A stretch of 64,000 bases of DNA from contig NC_043005.1 in the NCBI RefSeq assembly GCF_006345805.1, positions 25,544,001 through 25,608,000 of the forward strand. Reading direction: 5' to 3'. The stretch comes from Octopus sinensis. Lineage: Eukaryota. Each line of letters starts with the position of its first letter. The stretch's first letter is position 1. The notes beneath the pieces are model-generated. The model had not been told where the DNA came from. It saw only the letters and a list, made by a program, of their open reading frames with translations, and ran no database searches. The position numbers and the translations under genes were made by a program. This document shows positions 25,284-38,240 of this stretch, in pieces.

Positions 25284-25651
25284 AGGCACAGAAGTGGCTG
25301 CGTGGCTAGTAGGTTGCTTCCCAACCACATAGGTTCCAGGTTCAGTTCCACTACGTGGCATCTTGGTCAAGTGTCTTGTACTATAGCGTCGGACCGAACA
25401 AAGGCTTGTGAGTGGATTGGGTAGACGGAAACTGAATGAAACCTCTTGTATATGTATATATATATATACATCTAACGTAGGATCAAATGTTTCGAAAAAA
25501 ATTTTATCAATGGCCAGCATATTAAAAAATACCTAAAAGGTTAAATTTATAAATAAGGGCAAACGAAAAAAAATATTTGGCATTAGAAAATTTTTTTTCG
25601 TTTGCCCTTATTTATAAGTTGTGTATATATATATATATATATTATATATAT

Positions 25652-25693
<42 letters not shown>

Positions 25694-26055
25694 AAGTTTA
25701 TACAAAAAGAAAAGACGAAGAGAGGTCTATGAACAAAAAGTAAATGCATTAGTTTGACGCTCGGGAAAAATGAAAGAAATCTTTTACGTTTCGGGCCTAC
25801 GCTCTTCAACAGAAAGGAATGGAAAAACTTGTAGATTTCAGTGGTCCATGTTTAACTGTCTGTGCTTTTCCTCTTACCACCTCTTGACAACCGATGTTGG
25901 TGTGTTCACGTTCCCGTAACTTAGCGGTGCGGCAAAAGACACCGATAGAATAAATGCTAGACTTATAAAGAATAAATCTTGGAGTTGATTCCTTCGACTA
26001 AAGGCGGTACTCCAGCATGGCCGCAGTCAAATGATTGAAACAAATAAAAGAATAA
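25284..26055 (+). mobile_element. SINE-1 split into 5' half (25284-25450) and 3' half (~25875-26055) by an insert in its internal microsatellite
   Basis: Both halves collinear with intact SINE-1. Confidence 0.75.
25700..25825 (-). mobile_element. PLE-type end, family H3, nested in SINE-1
   Basis: Minus strand cttt-CTGTTGA-a-gagcgtaggccc-GAAAC-GTA-aaag. Confidence 0.55.
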
Positions 26056-26711
26056 CTGTATCTCTCATGAATTTACTTCCTTTACGATTGTTCCCTAAGC
26101 ATCCATGTCCAGTGTGTATATATGTATGCGTGTATGAGAGAACGAAAATATCAACCAGACCAACATGATGAAATTTACCGAAAGTTATATTTTCTTAATA
26201 AATAATTCAAGTAATAAGAAACTATGTAAATACCTACCCATGAGAGTTAATATATTTCAAGATATTTCCTCTCATAACAAAATGAATTTTAAATGTTTTC
26301 CCAAAAGAGATAAAAAAAGGTTTTAAATTCTCTTCCTATCACTCATTATCTCTATCTTATATCATATTTTCTAATCATTTCTGTTTTTCTTTTACATTTT
26401 TCTCTTTTGTTTTCCACTTGTACTTTTTTATTCTGTTAATTATGATACCGACCAATTCAATAATTATTTGCTATATTAAACGATATTGAGACATATGATA
26501 TCACTCGTGTTTTTCTTCTTGTTGTCATTATTTTCTTCTGACTCCATTCAGACGTAAATATTTAGCTCTGAGAATACTCAATCTTTTCGAACGTAACCGA
26601 TGGTTTTAATTTTTCTCTTTGGGTATTATTTATTATTTCAATCGGAGACTATTGTCAAACAGTTTAGAATCTTTGCCCCGGTCTTACACCAGACAGTATG
26701 ATCGGACCATA

Positions 26712-26943
26712 AGGCGGCGAGCTGGCAGAAACGTTAGCACGCTGGGCGAAGTGCTTAGCGGTATTTCGTCTGTCTTTACGTTCTGAGTTCAAATTCCGCC
26801 GAGGTCAACTTTGCCTTTCATCCTTTCGGGGTCGATAAATTAAGTACCAGTTACGCACTGGGGTCGATGTAATCGACTTAATCCGTTTGTCTGTCCTTGT
26901 TTGTCCTCTCTGTGTTTAGCCCCTTGTGGGTAGTAAAGAAATA
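26712..26943 (+). mobile_element. SINE-2, tail type A, young, with perfect 16-bp TSD
   Basis: TSD agtatgatcggaccat at 26695-26710 and 26944-26959. Confidence 0.95.
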
Positions 26944-26971
26944 AGTATGATCGGACCATTTAAAACATACT

Positions 26972-27379
26972 CTTACTCTCTTTTACTTTTTTCAGTCATT
27001 TGACTGCGGCCATGCTGGAGCACCGCCTTTAATCGAGCAACTCGACCCCGGGACTTATTCTTTTTTTGTAAGCCCAGCACTTATTCTATCGGTCTCTTTT
27101 GCCGAACCGCTAAGTAACGGGGACATAAACACACCAGCATCGGCTGTCAAGCAATGCCAGGGGGACAAACACAGACACACAAACACACACACGCATATAT
27201 ATATATACATATATACGACGGGCTTCTTTCAGTTTCCGTCTACCAAATCCACTCACAAGGCTTTGGTCGGCCCGAGGCTATAGTAGAAGACACTTGCCCA
27301 AGGTGCGACGCAGTGGGACTGAACCCGGAACCATGTGATTGGTAAACAAGCTACTTACCACACATCCACTCCTGCGCCT
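26972..27379 (-). mobile_element. SINE-1, full length
   Basis: As other SINE-1 copies. Confidence 0.9.
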
Positions 27380-28233
27380 ATCTTAATATCTATCTTAATT
27401 TAATCGTTTAACTCGAAGTCGAAAACTGTTTCTTGTAACAGAGGAAATGCCCTCCCCACAAAATATCATACTGAATAAAGTAAGAGAAATTAGATTTAAC
27501 ATTATCGAATCGGAGAATAGAAGAGATGTTTGACAAAAGCACCACTGCATGTTAATATATTCTGTGAAACAAAAGCTTGGTGAATACCAATAAATTCTCT
27601 ACTTTTGCAAACGTATTTTAGAACGAAAATATAATTCTGGATATGAAGCAATTTTGCTGAAGATTGAAAACATATTCATTACAATCTGGGCGTCAGCAAC
27701 ACGCAGACCTAAACACAGTTTATAAATGTTCATTTGTTTCTTCTCCTTGCAACGAATCCTTTCCTCCTACTATTACAAAGAACATATAGTCACTATCCAT
27801 AACATACTTTCTTAAATTCTCCCCTTATGCGCCTACGCAGTCTACTACCTTTATTAATTTTCTACCGTCATCATTTCCGTGGAAATATAATCTGCCTACA
27901 TTTTCTGATTAATATCAGGCTCAGGAGATTGTCAGCAATTTCTTTTTTCTCGAAATTTCCCATTGTCCATTTATTAATTTATTTCATTTCAATACGACAG
28001 CAATCAAGCAGTATTGTTAACACGTGGGGGGGGGGATAAACAAAAACAAACTTGGCAACATTCCTTTACATCCTGAGTTCAAATTCCGGTCAGGTCGACT
28101 TTATCTTTCCTCCGCATACTATAAACAAAGATAATACCTTTTCTCAACAAATTGAGGACGAAGGTGATGAGAGAAAAAAGATAAATAGAAATTCACTGTT
28201 CTTCGAAGATCGAACAGAGATGCGATACAAATT

Positions 28234-28438
28234 AATTCAACACGCTAGAAAGAACAGTGGTCCTGCTGAAGAAGATTGGACCTGGCGAGTTCCTTTGCTC
28301 GCTAAATTAAAATCAGAAAGCAATTGGTCCTGGAAACTAGATGGTAAAATGTTTTTATTTTTCATTTCGTTCCTCTCGAAACTTATCCCTAATTTTTGTG
28401 GTTATAGAACCTAGCTGTTCTTTCTAGCGTGTTGAATT
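28234..28438. repeat. Perfect 24-bp inverted repeat enclosing 157 bp
   Basis: aattcaacacgctagaaagaacag (28234-28257) and ctgttctttctagcgtgttgaatt (28415-28438). Confidence 0.9.
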
Positions 28439-28573
28439 CCTATAAGTGAATTCCTTATGTGTTTAAATATACACTATATCGTATGACTAATATATGGTCT
28501 TTTGGAGTAAATTTTTTATACGTTAGACCACTGGAAATGTAAATTTAAATTAATTTCCATTTCCCTTTCATAT

Positions 28574-28641
<68 letters not shown>

Positions 28642-29400
28642 AGATAGAGAGGGAGAGAGACAGAAAGACAGAGAGAGACAGAGAGAGACAGAGACAGAGA
28701 CAGATGCGTATTTGGATTGATATGTAGATGAGACATAAATGCATTAAGTATTGGATTTTTTAAAATATTGAATTTAACCCTGGAAGTAAATTTGTATAGA
28801 AACATCAATTAAAGCTTTCGTTAAAACACACCCACATGCATAGACACTTGCACATAGTCATATACACCAATATGAACATTATTACTATTGCGATATGTAT
28901 AAGAATGTCACCAGCAGCTGCGAACATTAAATATGTCTGCTGGTGAACAACGCGTATCTATTGAAAAGATGAAATATCTTGTGATGAATATTTGGCTCTT
29001 TATTTCTATACTCTTGCAATCCTGGAAATGACCTAAGAAGTTGTTTTCTTCCCCCAATTCTCTCTCTATCTATCTATCGATCCATCTATCGCCCTGTTAA
29101 GCTATTTTACCTTTTACTTATTATTGGCACATTAGACTGCTTGCGGACATGCTGGAGCAGATCGAACGCTGCGTTTATTTTGATTACTTTTTTTAATCTA
29201 TTATACTATAGGTCTGCACGTAAGCAAACCGAGACCAAAGTGGGGGCGAAAAACATATGCACTCGCACACACACACATACACGCACACACTCACATACAC
29301 ATATACTACGTAAAGCAAACTTCTTAATCACTTCTGTGCTTGCGCCGTTGTATATATATATATATATATATACATATATAGGCCACTCCTGCGCCTATAT

Positions 29401-29448
<48 letters not shown>

Positions 29449-29450
<2 letters not shown>

Positions 29451-31091
29451 GGAGTAAACACATAAATGTGAAACAAGGTGGAAAAAAGAGTACTCAAATA
29501 CCAGTGGTAGAGTAATATGCTTTATTTTAAGCAGCAGAAAATTCAACAAAATCTGTTACTCTGAGTTTCTCGTTGCCGTTCATCAGACAGTTTTTGCTAG
29601 AATGGAACTGATATATCAATTCAATCTATACTCTTACAAACGCTACACCTTTAAAAAGAAATGGACTTGTTTGATTGGCCCTTTAGAAAAAACGGTCAAT
29701 CTTCGAGCGATAAACAAAAAGGTCAAAAATATATGTATATATATATAAAAAACTTATAAAAATTATAAAATCCGAGGAAAAAACCTATTGACGTTAATGA
29801 AGACAGTGCAAATTAATGCATAGAAATTAAACCTGTTATAAATACTGCAATACATATTTATATTAAAATCTACATATGAGCTAATGAACTTATGTAGCCA
29901 CGCGGCTAAATTTAAAATGTCGAATATAAATATACCATATGGATAGAGTATATATTTTGTATTTTTGATTTTGATTTTGACTCTTGAACGATGAGCGCTA
30001 CGATGGATTTTGATTTTGTTTTTGTTTCCAAGCTATGTGGATCTTAATCCGTATAGCAAAGTCTTATGTTTCTACATATATATTAGGAAAAACCTACAAA
30101 CTTTGTTTTCATGTTATTGTATTGCATAGGATTACCTTGATTATTTATATTACCTTGATTATTTATAAATGACCCAAAATAGGATGTTATATTTTATTTT
30201 ATTTTATATGTCTTTCGTATATATTTTTTATTAATGCACTCATTTTTAAAAGCAATGTTTTTTTTAAAAAAAACAATGTTGTCAAAATTAGAATGTTTAT
30301 ATAAGTATGTGTATAGCAAAGCATATGTATTTGTAAGCATGCGTATCTGTGTGTGTGTGTAAGTGAAAGTATGTTTGTGCTTAAGCACACATATACACGA
30401 CTGTATGTATGTGTATCCATTCAAACTTGTGTATGTATACTGGTCTTTATATATGCCAATAATACCGTTACACTGCTTGTATACATAATTTTTTCTTATT
30501 TCGTTTTTTCCCCACCCCTCCTTCGTTCCTTTTTCTCTCTCTCCCTTTCTTTCGTTCCCCCTCCTTGCTCAGTATATGAGAATTGCTACATAGATGAATT
30601 TTAGCTTGCGTGCGAGACGGTTTGCGTGAATATATGTACACATGCTTTTATGTGTATATTTAGATTTATATTCATACGTCTGTATATGTATGTATGGCGT
30701 TTACGCGCATCCTTTTGTGTATGTTGATATATATATATGTAAATTTTAATATAAATATGTATTGCAGTATTTATAACAGGTTTAATTTCTATGCATTAAT
30801 TTGCACTGTCTTCATTAACGTCAATAGGTTTTTTCCTCGGATTTTATAATTTTTATAAGTTTTTTATATATATATACATATATTTTTGACCTTTTTGTTT
30901 ATCGCTCGAAGATTGACCGTTTTTTCTAAAGGGCCAATCAAACAAGTCCATTTCTTTTTAAAGGTGTAGCGTTTGTAAGAGTATAGATTGAATTGATATA
31001 TCAGTTCCATTCTAGCAAAAACTGTCTGATGAACGGCAACGAGAAACTCAGAGTAACAGATTTTGTTGAATTTTCTGCTGCTTAAAATAAA

Positions 31092-31092
<1 letters not shown>
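29449..31092 (+). mobile_element. Penelope-like insertion with inverted terminal arms (left arm 29449-29869 minus, right arm 30743-31092 plus)
   Basis: 29520-29869 is the exact reverse complement of 30743-31092; arms carry a hammerhead motif; 29872-29946 reads TYELMNLCSHAAKFKMSN, like a PLE ORF C-terminus; (TA)n on both sides. Confidence 0.75.
31013..31067 (+). ncRNA. Minimal type I hammerhead ribozyme motif (family H2); mirror copy on minus strand at about 29545-29599
   Basis: Stem I ctgt/acag extended by aaaa/tttt; CTGATGA 31026-31032; stem II CG-GCAA-CG with A.A at base; GAAA 31043-31046; stem III ACTC-A-GAGT; GUA triplet ending 31055. Confidence 0.65.
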
Positions 31093-31147
<55 letters not shown>

Positions 31148-31150
<3 letters not shown>

Positions 31151-31550
31151 CGCAGGAGTGGCTGTGTGGTAAGTAGTTTGCTAACCAACCACATGGTTCC
31201 GGGTTCAGTCCCACTGCGTGGCATCTTGGGCAACTGTCTTCTACTATAGCCCCGGGCCGATCAATGCCTTGTGAGTGGAGTTGGTAGACGGAAACTGAAA
31301 GAAGCCTGTCGTATATATGTATATATACATATGTGTGTGTTTGTGTGTCTGTGTTTGTCCCCCTAGCATTGCTTGACAACCGATGCTGGTGTGTTTACGT
31401 CCCCGTCACTTAGCGGTTCGGCAAAAGGGACCGATAGAATAAGTACTGGGCTTACAAAGAATGAGTCTCGGGGTCGATTTGCTCGACTAAAGGCGGTGCT
31501 CCAGCATGGCCGCAGTCAAATGACTGAAACAAGTAAAAAGAGAAAAAGAG
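31148..31550 (+). mobile_element. SINE-1, full length, low divergence
   Basis: Head aggcgcaggagtggctgtgtgg; tail ends aagtaaaaagagaaaaagag. Confidence 0.92.
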
Positions 31551-31551
31551 A

Positions 31552-31597
<46 letters not shown>

Positions 31598-31814
31598 TGT
31601 GTTTGTTTTAAAGCTTATCTGATGCTCAACAATATGGCCTGATAGGTTGAAACAAGTTTTCGCAATTGTTTTAAGTACCTCCATGGACCCGAAGAAATCT
31701 TGAAAGTCTCTCGGCCATTCTCTACTTCATCAAACCGTATACCGAGGAAGTGTGAAATGACGTGCTTTTCTCAGAAACCCAAATTACCTCCTATTCCACG
31801 AATAGAACCTAACA

Positions 31815-32240
31815 GTTTGCTGCCACAAGCCAAGTGAAATCTAACAATAGCATGGATGGATTACAGGAAATCCTATGACATGATCCCACACCCATGGATA
31901 AGTGAATGTTTGAGTATATTCAGTATAGGAGACAACATAAGAGAATTAATTAGATTTAGCATGAAGAAATGGAAATTAGATCTCTACTCAGGTGACACAC
32001 TCTTAAGGAATTTTAATATCAAAGGAGGAATTTTCTAGGGGACTCGTTGATCCCTTTAATATTTGTCTTATATTTTATCCCCCTCAGTTTATTATTAAGC
32101 AATGCAAAAGCAGGGTTCAGAAATAGTAATTGAAAAATTAACCATTTGCTCTACATGGATGACTTGAAGCATTTTAGTAAGAATGAAAAAGAGAGATTCC
32201 TTAATACACATTGTAAGACTCTTCAGCAAAGGTATAGGCA
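31815..32240 (+). mobile_element. R4/Dong-like RT core fragment, decayed
   Basis: AWMDYRKSYDMIPHPWI..GIF*GDSL.PL..NHLLYMDDLK. Confidence 0.85.
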
Positions 32241-32389
32241 ACCAAACACGGGTTTTACCGCATCAATTAATCATGTATTGTATTTAATAGTGCTACTCGT
32301 CTCTTACGCACATGCATTACAAAATAAAATACAAATATAAAACCTATCATCACCCTAGATTCCATCACACTTGTCACCATTATGAGCTC

Positions 32390-32860
32390 GAATTCAGAGA
32401 GAAAGAGAGAGTGAAAAGTGAGAAAGTGAGAAGGAAAGAAAGAGATAGAAAGAGAGAGAGAAAGAGAGAAAGAAAGAAAGAAAGAAAGAGAGAAAGAAAG
32501 AAAGAGAGAAAGAAAGAAAGAGAGAGGGAGAGGAATAAAGAAAGCGAGAAAGAGAGAAAGAAAGAGAGAATGAAAAAGTGAGAAAGTGAGAAAGAAGAGA
32601 GAGAGATAGAAAGAGAGAGAGAAAAAGAGAGAAAGAAAGACAGAGAGAGAGAGAGAGAGAGAGAAAGCGAGAAAGAGAGAGAGAAAGAAAGAGAGAGAAA
32701 AATAAAGAGAGAAATGGGATAGAGAAAGACTGAAAGAGAGAGAGGAAAAGAGTGAGAGAGAGAGAGAAAGAAAGAGAGAGAGAGAGAAAGAGAGAGAGAG
32801 AGGGAAAGAGTGAGAGAGGGAAAGAAAGACAGAGAGAGAGAGAGAGAGAGAGAAACAAAA
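32390..32860. repeat. ~470-bp polypurine (GA/GAAA/GAGAAA)n tract
   Basis: Direct inspection. Confidence 0.95.
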
Positions 32861-33023
32861 CAGAAGTGAAACTGCTGATTCAAGTGAGATCAATTTCACT
32901 ACGTGTTCGTGGATGTTGTTAATCAAACAAAACATTGTCATTACTTAGACAATGATGATGATGATGATGATGAGAGGAGGAGGAGGCGGATGGCAATGAT
33001 AACGACGACGACGACGGCGACGT

Positions 33024-33061
<38 letters not shown>

Positions 33062-33979
33062 GCCTTAGTTGTTAATATTTTCGTAATGGCGGTGGTGGTG
33101 GTGGTGGTAGTAGTGAGGATGATACTGGAAGGAACAGGAAGACAGTATAATGATGTAGTTACTTGATTCTGAATTTTGCACATCTGCTAATGCATATACC
33201 ACATTTCTTTTTTTGGCACCCATTATCTCATTTCCCACCCTCACCCATCCCCAATTATATCTGTCATACAATATTTATATATACATTTACATCTCCACCC
33301 CTCCCCCCCACTATATTCAATTCTCTTTTCCTGCAACCCTCTCTCTCTCTCTATTTTCCCCTTCCTTCTCTCTCTCTCTTTCTTCCTCTTCCCCCTCTCT
33401 CTCTCTCTCGCACCGCATCTTTCTCTACGTCAGTTCCCATCTTTCCTGTGCCTTCTCCATCTTCTCCATGTCATCTTTGCACATCATAACAATCTTACGT
33501 AGTAAATACAAAATAGTTTTTTTTTCTTGATCGTCAAAAAAAAAACCCAACCAAAACCACGATAATTTCCAACATAGTAAATGCAACAGATCTAATTATA
33601 ATTTAAGTCCTACTTTAAAAATTCTAATATAAGTAAATCTACTTGACTAACATACACCTACGCATGCACACACACACACACACGCACACACACGCACACA
33701 CACACATACACACACACACACACACACACATACACACGCACACACATGCAGTCTACAATAATGAATGCATCTACAGCAATTAAAAGAAATACCGCATCAT
33801 TTCCACTAACAATGTCATTAACACCGCTACCACTGACGCCATGAATCTTGAACCACGATATACTAGAAAAGGCAGCCAAATCCTCCTCACAACTCGAGGC
33901 TCCGAAATGTAGAAAACTGACAGGGTTGCCATAGACGGGTTGTATTTGATGCCCGACTGTCGCGCTTGTTACGTTCCAA

Positions 33980-34179
33980 ACCTTCCGCGATAGGTGAAAA
34001 TCCGCGAAGTAGAAACAGCACTGTACTGTATATAATATATTTTATTATTTTTATAATTTGTATATATTTATTTTTATTATAAATGCGAAACAACACCACG
34101 GAGGAATCGACGTAAGGTTAAATAATAAACCGCGATAGGTGAACCGCGATAAGTGAGCTGCAATATGGCGAGGAATTAC
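33980..34179. mobile_element. pogo/Tigger-type MITE remnant
   Basis: Repeated ccgcgataggtgaa / ccgcgataagtga subterminal motifs ending atatggcgaggaattac. Confidence 0.55.
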
Positions 34180-34479
34180 CCAAGTTCAAATCAATGAAGT
34201 TTGCTCTGAGGTAAATTGACATGAGATGTTTTTCATCCATTTGAGGGTTGATAGTGTAATAATGCCAGTTATGTGGCCATCGAGGTTGGTTTATAATGTG
34301 TGGCCAGTACTTGAGGTAAAGACAATACTTCTACGACCAACCACAACGAATATGTAAAACTCTCAACACTTCCATGATCGTAGGCTACGACTCTGATTCC
34401 ACCACAACACCAAGAATAAATGCTCCGCCACAAAAAACCAGCACCAGCATTAACAATAACTCCGACAGCACAAACGGTG

Positions 34480-34745
34480 ATGATAACCATTATCATCTTC
34501 CTCCTCCTCCTCCTCCTCCTCCCCTCCCCTCCCCTCCTCCTCATCATTGTTGTTGTCGTCGTCATCATCATCACATCATCATTATCTTCATCATCATCAT
34601 CACATCATCATTATCTTCATCATCATCGTCGTCATCATCATCATTATCATCATCATTGTCGCCTTTGTCTTCGTCATCATCATATTCCTCATCATGTTCG
34701 TCGTGATCGTCGTCGTCCTTATCATCATCATCATCATCATCTGCT
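34480..34745. repeat. (CCT)n/(CAT)n/(CGT)n triplet field
   Basis: Direct inspection. Confidence 0.85.
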
Positions 34746-34989
34746 CCTAAAACGCAAACTATCAATCGCACTGAAGGCAGACCTGTGGTTGAATAGTGAT
34801 AGTGAAGCTAGTTACACCATTACGTCCCACCACCACTACTTTCAGCCTTACCACAGCCATTAATGTTGTCATCATTCCATTCTTTTTCCCAGCATGCAAC
34901 TATAGGCGGCCATTACAATCCCCAGCGCTTTCTCTCTCACCCCAGCACCACACATTCTCAAAACCACAACCTCCACTAACTACCTTATC

Positions 34990-35990
34990 GCCACCGCCAC
35001 CACCACCACCACCACCGCCGCCGCCACCACCATCATCATCAACACCACCACAACCTCCACCACCACCACCACCACCACCACCATCATCATCAACACCACC
35101 ACAACCTCCACCACCACCACCACCCCCACCATCATCATCATCAACCACCACCACCACAACACCACCACAACCTCCACACCACCACCACCACACCATCATC
35201 ATCAACACCACCACAACCTCCACCACCACCACCACCACCACCATCATCATCAACACCACCACAACCTCCACCACCACCACCACCACCATCATCATCAACA
35301 CCACCACAACATCCACCACCACCACCACCACCATCATCATCAACACCACCACCACCTCCACCACCACCACCACCACCATCATCATCATCAACACCACCAC
35401 AACCTCCACCACCACCACCACCACCACCATCATCATCATCAACACCACCACAACCTCCACCACCACCACCACCACCATCATCATCAACACCACCACAACC
35501 ACCACCACCACCACCACCACCATCATCATCATCAACACCACCACAACCACCACCACCACCACCACCACCATCATCATCATCAACACCACCACAACACCAC
35601 CACCACCACCACCACCACCACCATCATCATCAACACCACCACAACCACCACCACCACCACCACCACCATCATCATCATCAACACCACCACAACCTCCACC
35701 ACCACCACCACCACCATCATCATCAACACCACCACAACCTCCACCACCACCACCACCACCACCATCATCATCATCAATACCACCACAACCTCCACCACCA
35801 CCACCACCACCACCATCATCATCATCAATACCACCACTACCACTATAACTGCAAGTACCACCGCTTTCACCACAGCCACTATTACTGCAATCATTATCAC
35901 CACCACCACCACCACCACCACCACCACCACCACCACCACCACCACCACTACCACCACTACCACTTCCGCGACTACGACCGCCACCACCAA
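34990..35990. repeat. Minisatellite, about 20 units of 39-48 bp: (ACC)n(ATC)n-AACACCACCACAACC(TCC), decaying to (ACC/ACT)n
   Basis: Direct inspection. Confidence 0.92.
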
Positions 35991-36543
35991 CAATGACAGC
36001 CTGTTGACACACTTTTATCTCTACAACAAACAACGACCGTTACAGCACAAATAACTATCAACAACTACCGCAATATGGAACACAACAACAAAAACAAACC
36101 TAACGAGAACAGTAAGCTCAACAGCAACAACAAGATTAATAATAACAATAATAACTACCAAGTTGCAATTACTCTTGACTAGAAACACATAAAATAAAAA
36201 AAAAAAATCAGGAGAAAAAAAACCTCACTAAATTACTTAGCATACAGCATACCTGATGTCTTTGATATGATTCGCCATTCTAGAGACGTGATTTTCAATC
36301 GCTTTAATGTAATATTGTATGCATAAGCAGGTAGAATGCTTGTTGGTGTTGCTTTGGAACAGAAATACATTGATAGATAGATGTCTAAATAAATATGTGT
36401 ATATATGTGTGTGTGTGTGGGGGGGGGGGGTAAAAACAAATAATCACATATAAAATATATGTTGCGAAATAGATAAAAAAAATTATTGGTTATTCTGTCG
36501 TTCTCCTTGCATACATACAAATGCATATACATAAATACAAACA

Positions 36544-36626
<83 letters not shown>

Positions 36627-37344
36627 CATATATATATACATACGTATATATATATATACATGCACACACACATGCATACACACATATATAAATGTGTGTA
36701 CGTGTGTAAAAACTTAGAAAGTATCTCCTTATAAATGGACATTTTTTTTCAACAAGTAAATCTGAAATGGGATCAACTTTAAAAAAAAAAATAGTTGATT
36801 GAAATCGCTCGTAAATAAACGTGTGCATATAATATATAGGGCAAGGTGTTTCTTATGTCTCATTATGTCTTTGCCTCTCTTTCTCTTTCTCTCTCACTCT
36901 CTGTTACCCTCACTCTTTCTCTCTCCCCCACGCTCTTTCTCTATCTCGCTTGCTGTATTTCTCTCTCTTCCTCTACTTCCGCCGCCATGACACAGAATTC
37001 CCCTCTCAAGTCGAACATTGGCAGATGGGTGACAACAAATCGAACTCGGTCGTTGTAAAGAACGTTACATACATACATACATACATACATACAACTGTGT
37101 ATGTATATGTATGTATATACACATATGCGCGCAAACGCACATATTATAAATGTTTGATTTCATGTCAAGTTATATTCAAAGCAAATTAACTAACTTTAAA
37201 GTGAAGAGTTACTCGATCCTTTTCAGGAAAATACGCTTGTTTAACGATTACAAAGCATATATTTACCGCGACTTCGAAGTTACTGCGAACTCGCCTTTAG
37301 TAGACTATATATACAAAAAATTATACGCAAACGTGTGTCTGTAA

Positions 37345-38240
37345 TTTATTAAAACAAAAGCAGGGTTGAAGAATTACGTTATTTGACATAGTCTCCTCGA
37401 TTTTCGATGCCCTTCTTCCAGTGGTCCACAGGCTTGCTTGTTCCATCGGAGAAAGGTTTTCACTGGTCGTGCAGCCCTTTATTTACCACTTCCGCCACTT
37501 ATTTGTCTGTTTCCAATCAACGACCTCGTAAAGGATATTTGAGCAGCCCAAAGAGATGATAATCGGAAGGGGATAGATCTGTATATAGGGTGTTCCAGCA
37601 ACTCGACACACAATTTTGCAATGGTTTCAACGATGACGGCTGCCGTATGTGGGCGAGCATTGTCGCGCAACGGTAACATTTGCTTTGACAATAGAACCCA
37701 ATGCTTAGCACGAATTGCTGGCTTCAGTTTGTTGGCCAGCATTACACCATAGTCTTCACTGGTGATTAAAGACCTCTTTTTCTAGGTGATATTCCAGTAG
37801 AGGCATATTTGTGCCCTAAAATATAGTTAGCATCACTTTTCTGCAGAAGGCTGAGAATTGAATTTCTTTCTAGATGACTATTCCGGGCGTTTGCACTCCA
37901 TGCTCTGCCTTTGGATTATAGCTCAAAGTGAGGGACCCAGGTCACATCTCCTGTAATTATTCTGTGCAAAACCGTTTCGCCTTCATCGTCGTAGCGGTGA
38001 AACAAGCTTTGACAGATCTCTACACGACTGTGCTTATGTGTGGCACCCACCTCGCACAGGCTTTCGAGAAACAAAGCTTATCGTGGATGATTCCGTGCGC
38101 AAAACCTTGACAAATTTGCAGAGAATACATCATGTCATCGATGGTCACTCGTCGGGTCGCCAGAACCATTTTTCCTGCTTATTGAATCTTCTCATCGTTT
38201 GTTGAAATTGATGAGCATCATGCTCCCTGATGTCGAAATA
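37345..38240 (-). mobile_element. Decayed mariner transposase
   Basis: RVEICQSL..HRIITGDVTWV, DNARPHTA, HPIY/DLSPSDYHLFG motifs across frameshifts. Confidence 0.85.

Noticed and set aside
32267-32941. 150-224 aa Ser/Leu/Phe ORFs
   Set aside because: Polypurine/polypyrimidine microsatellite
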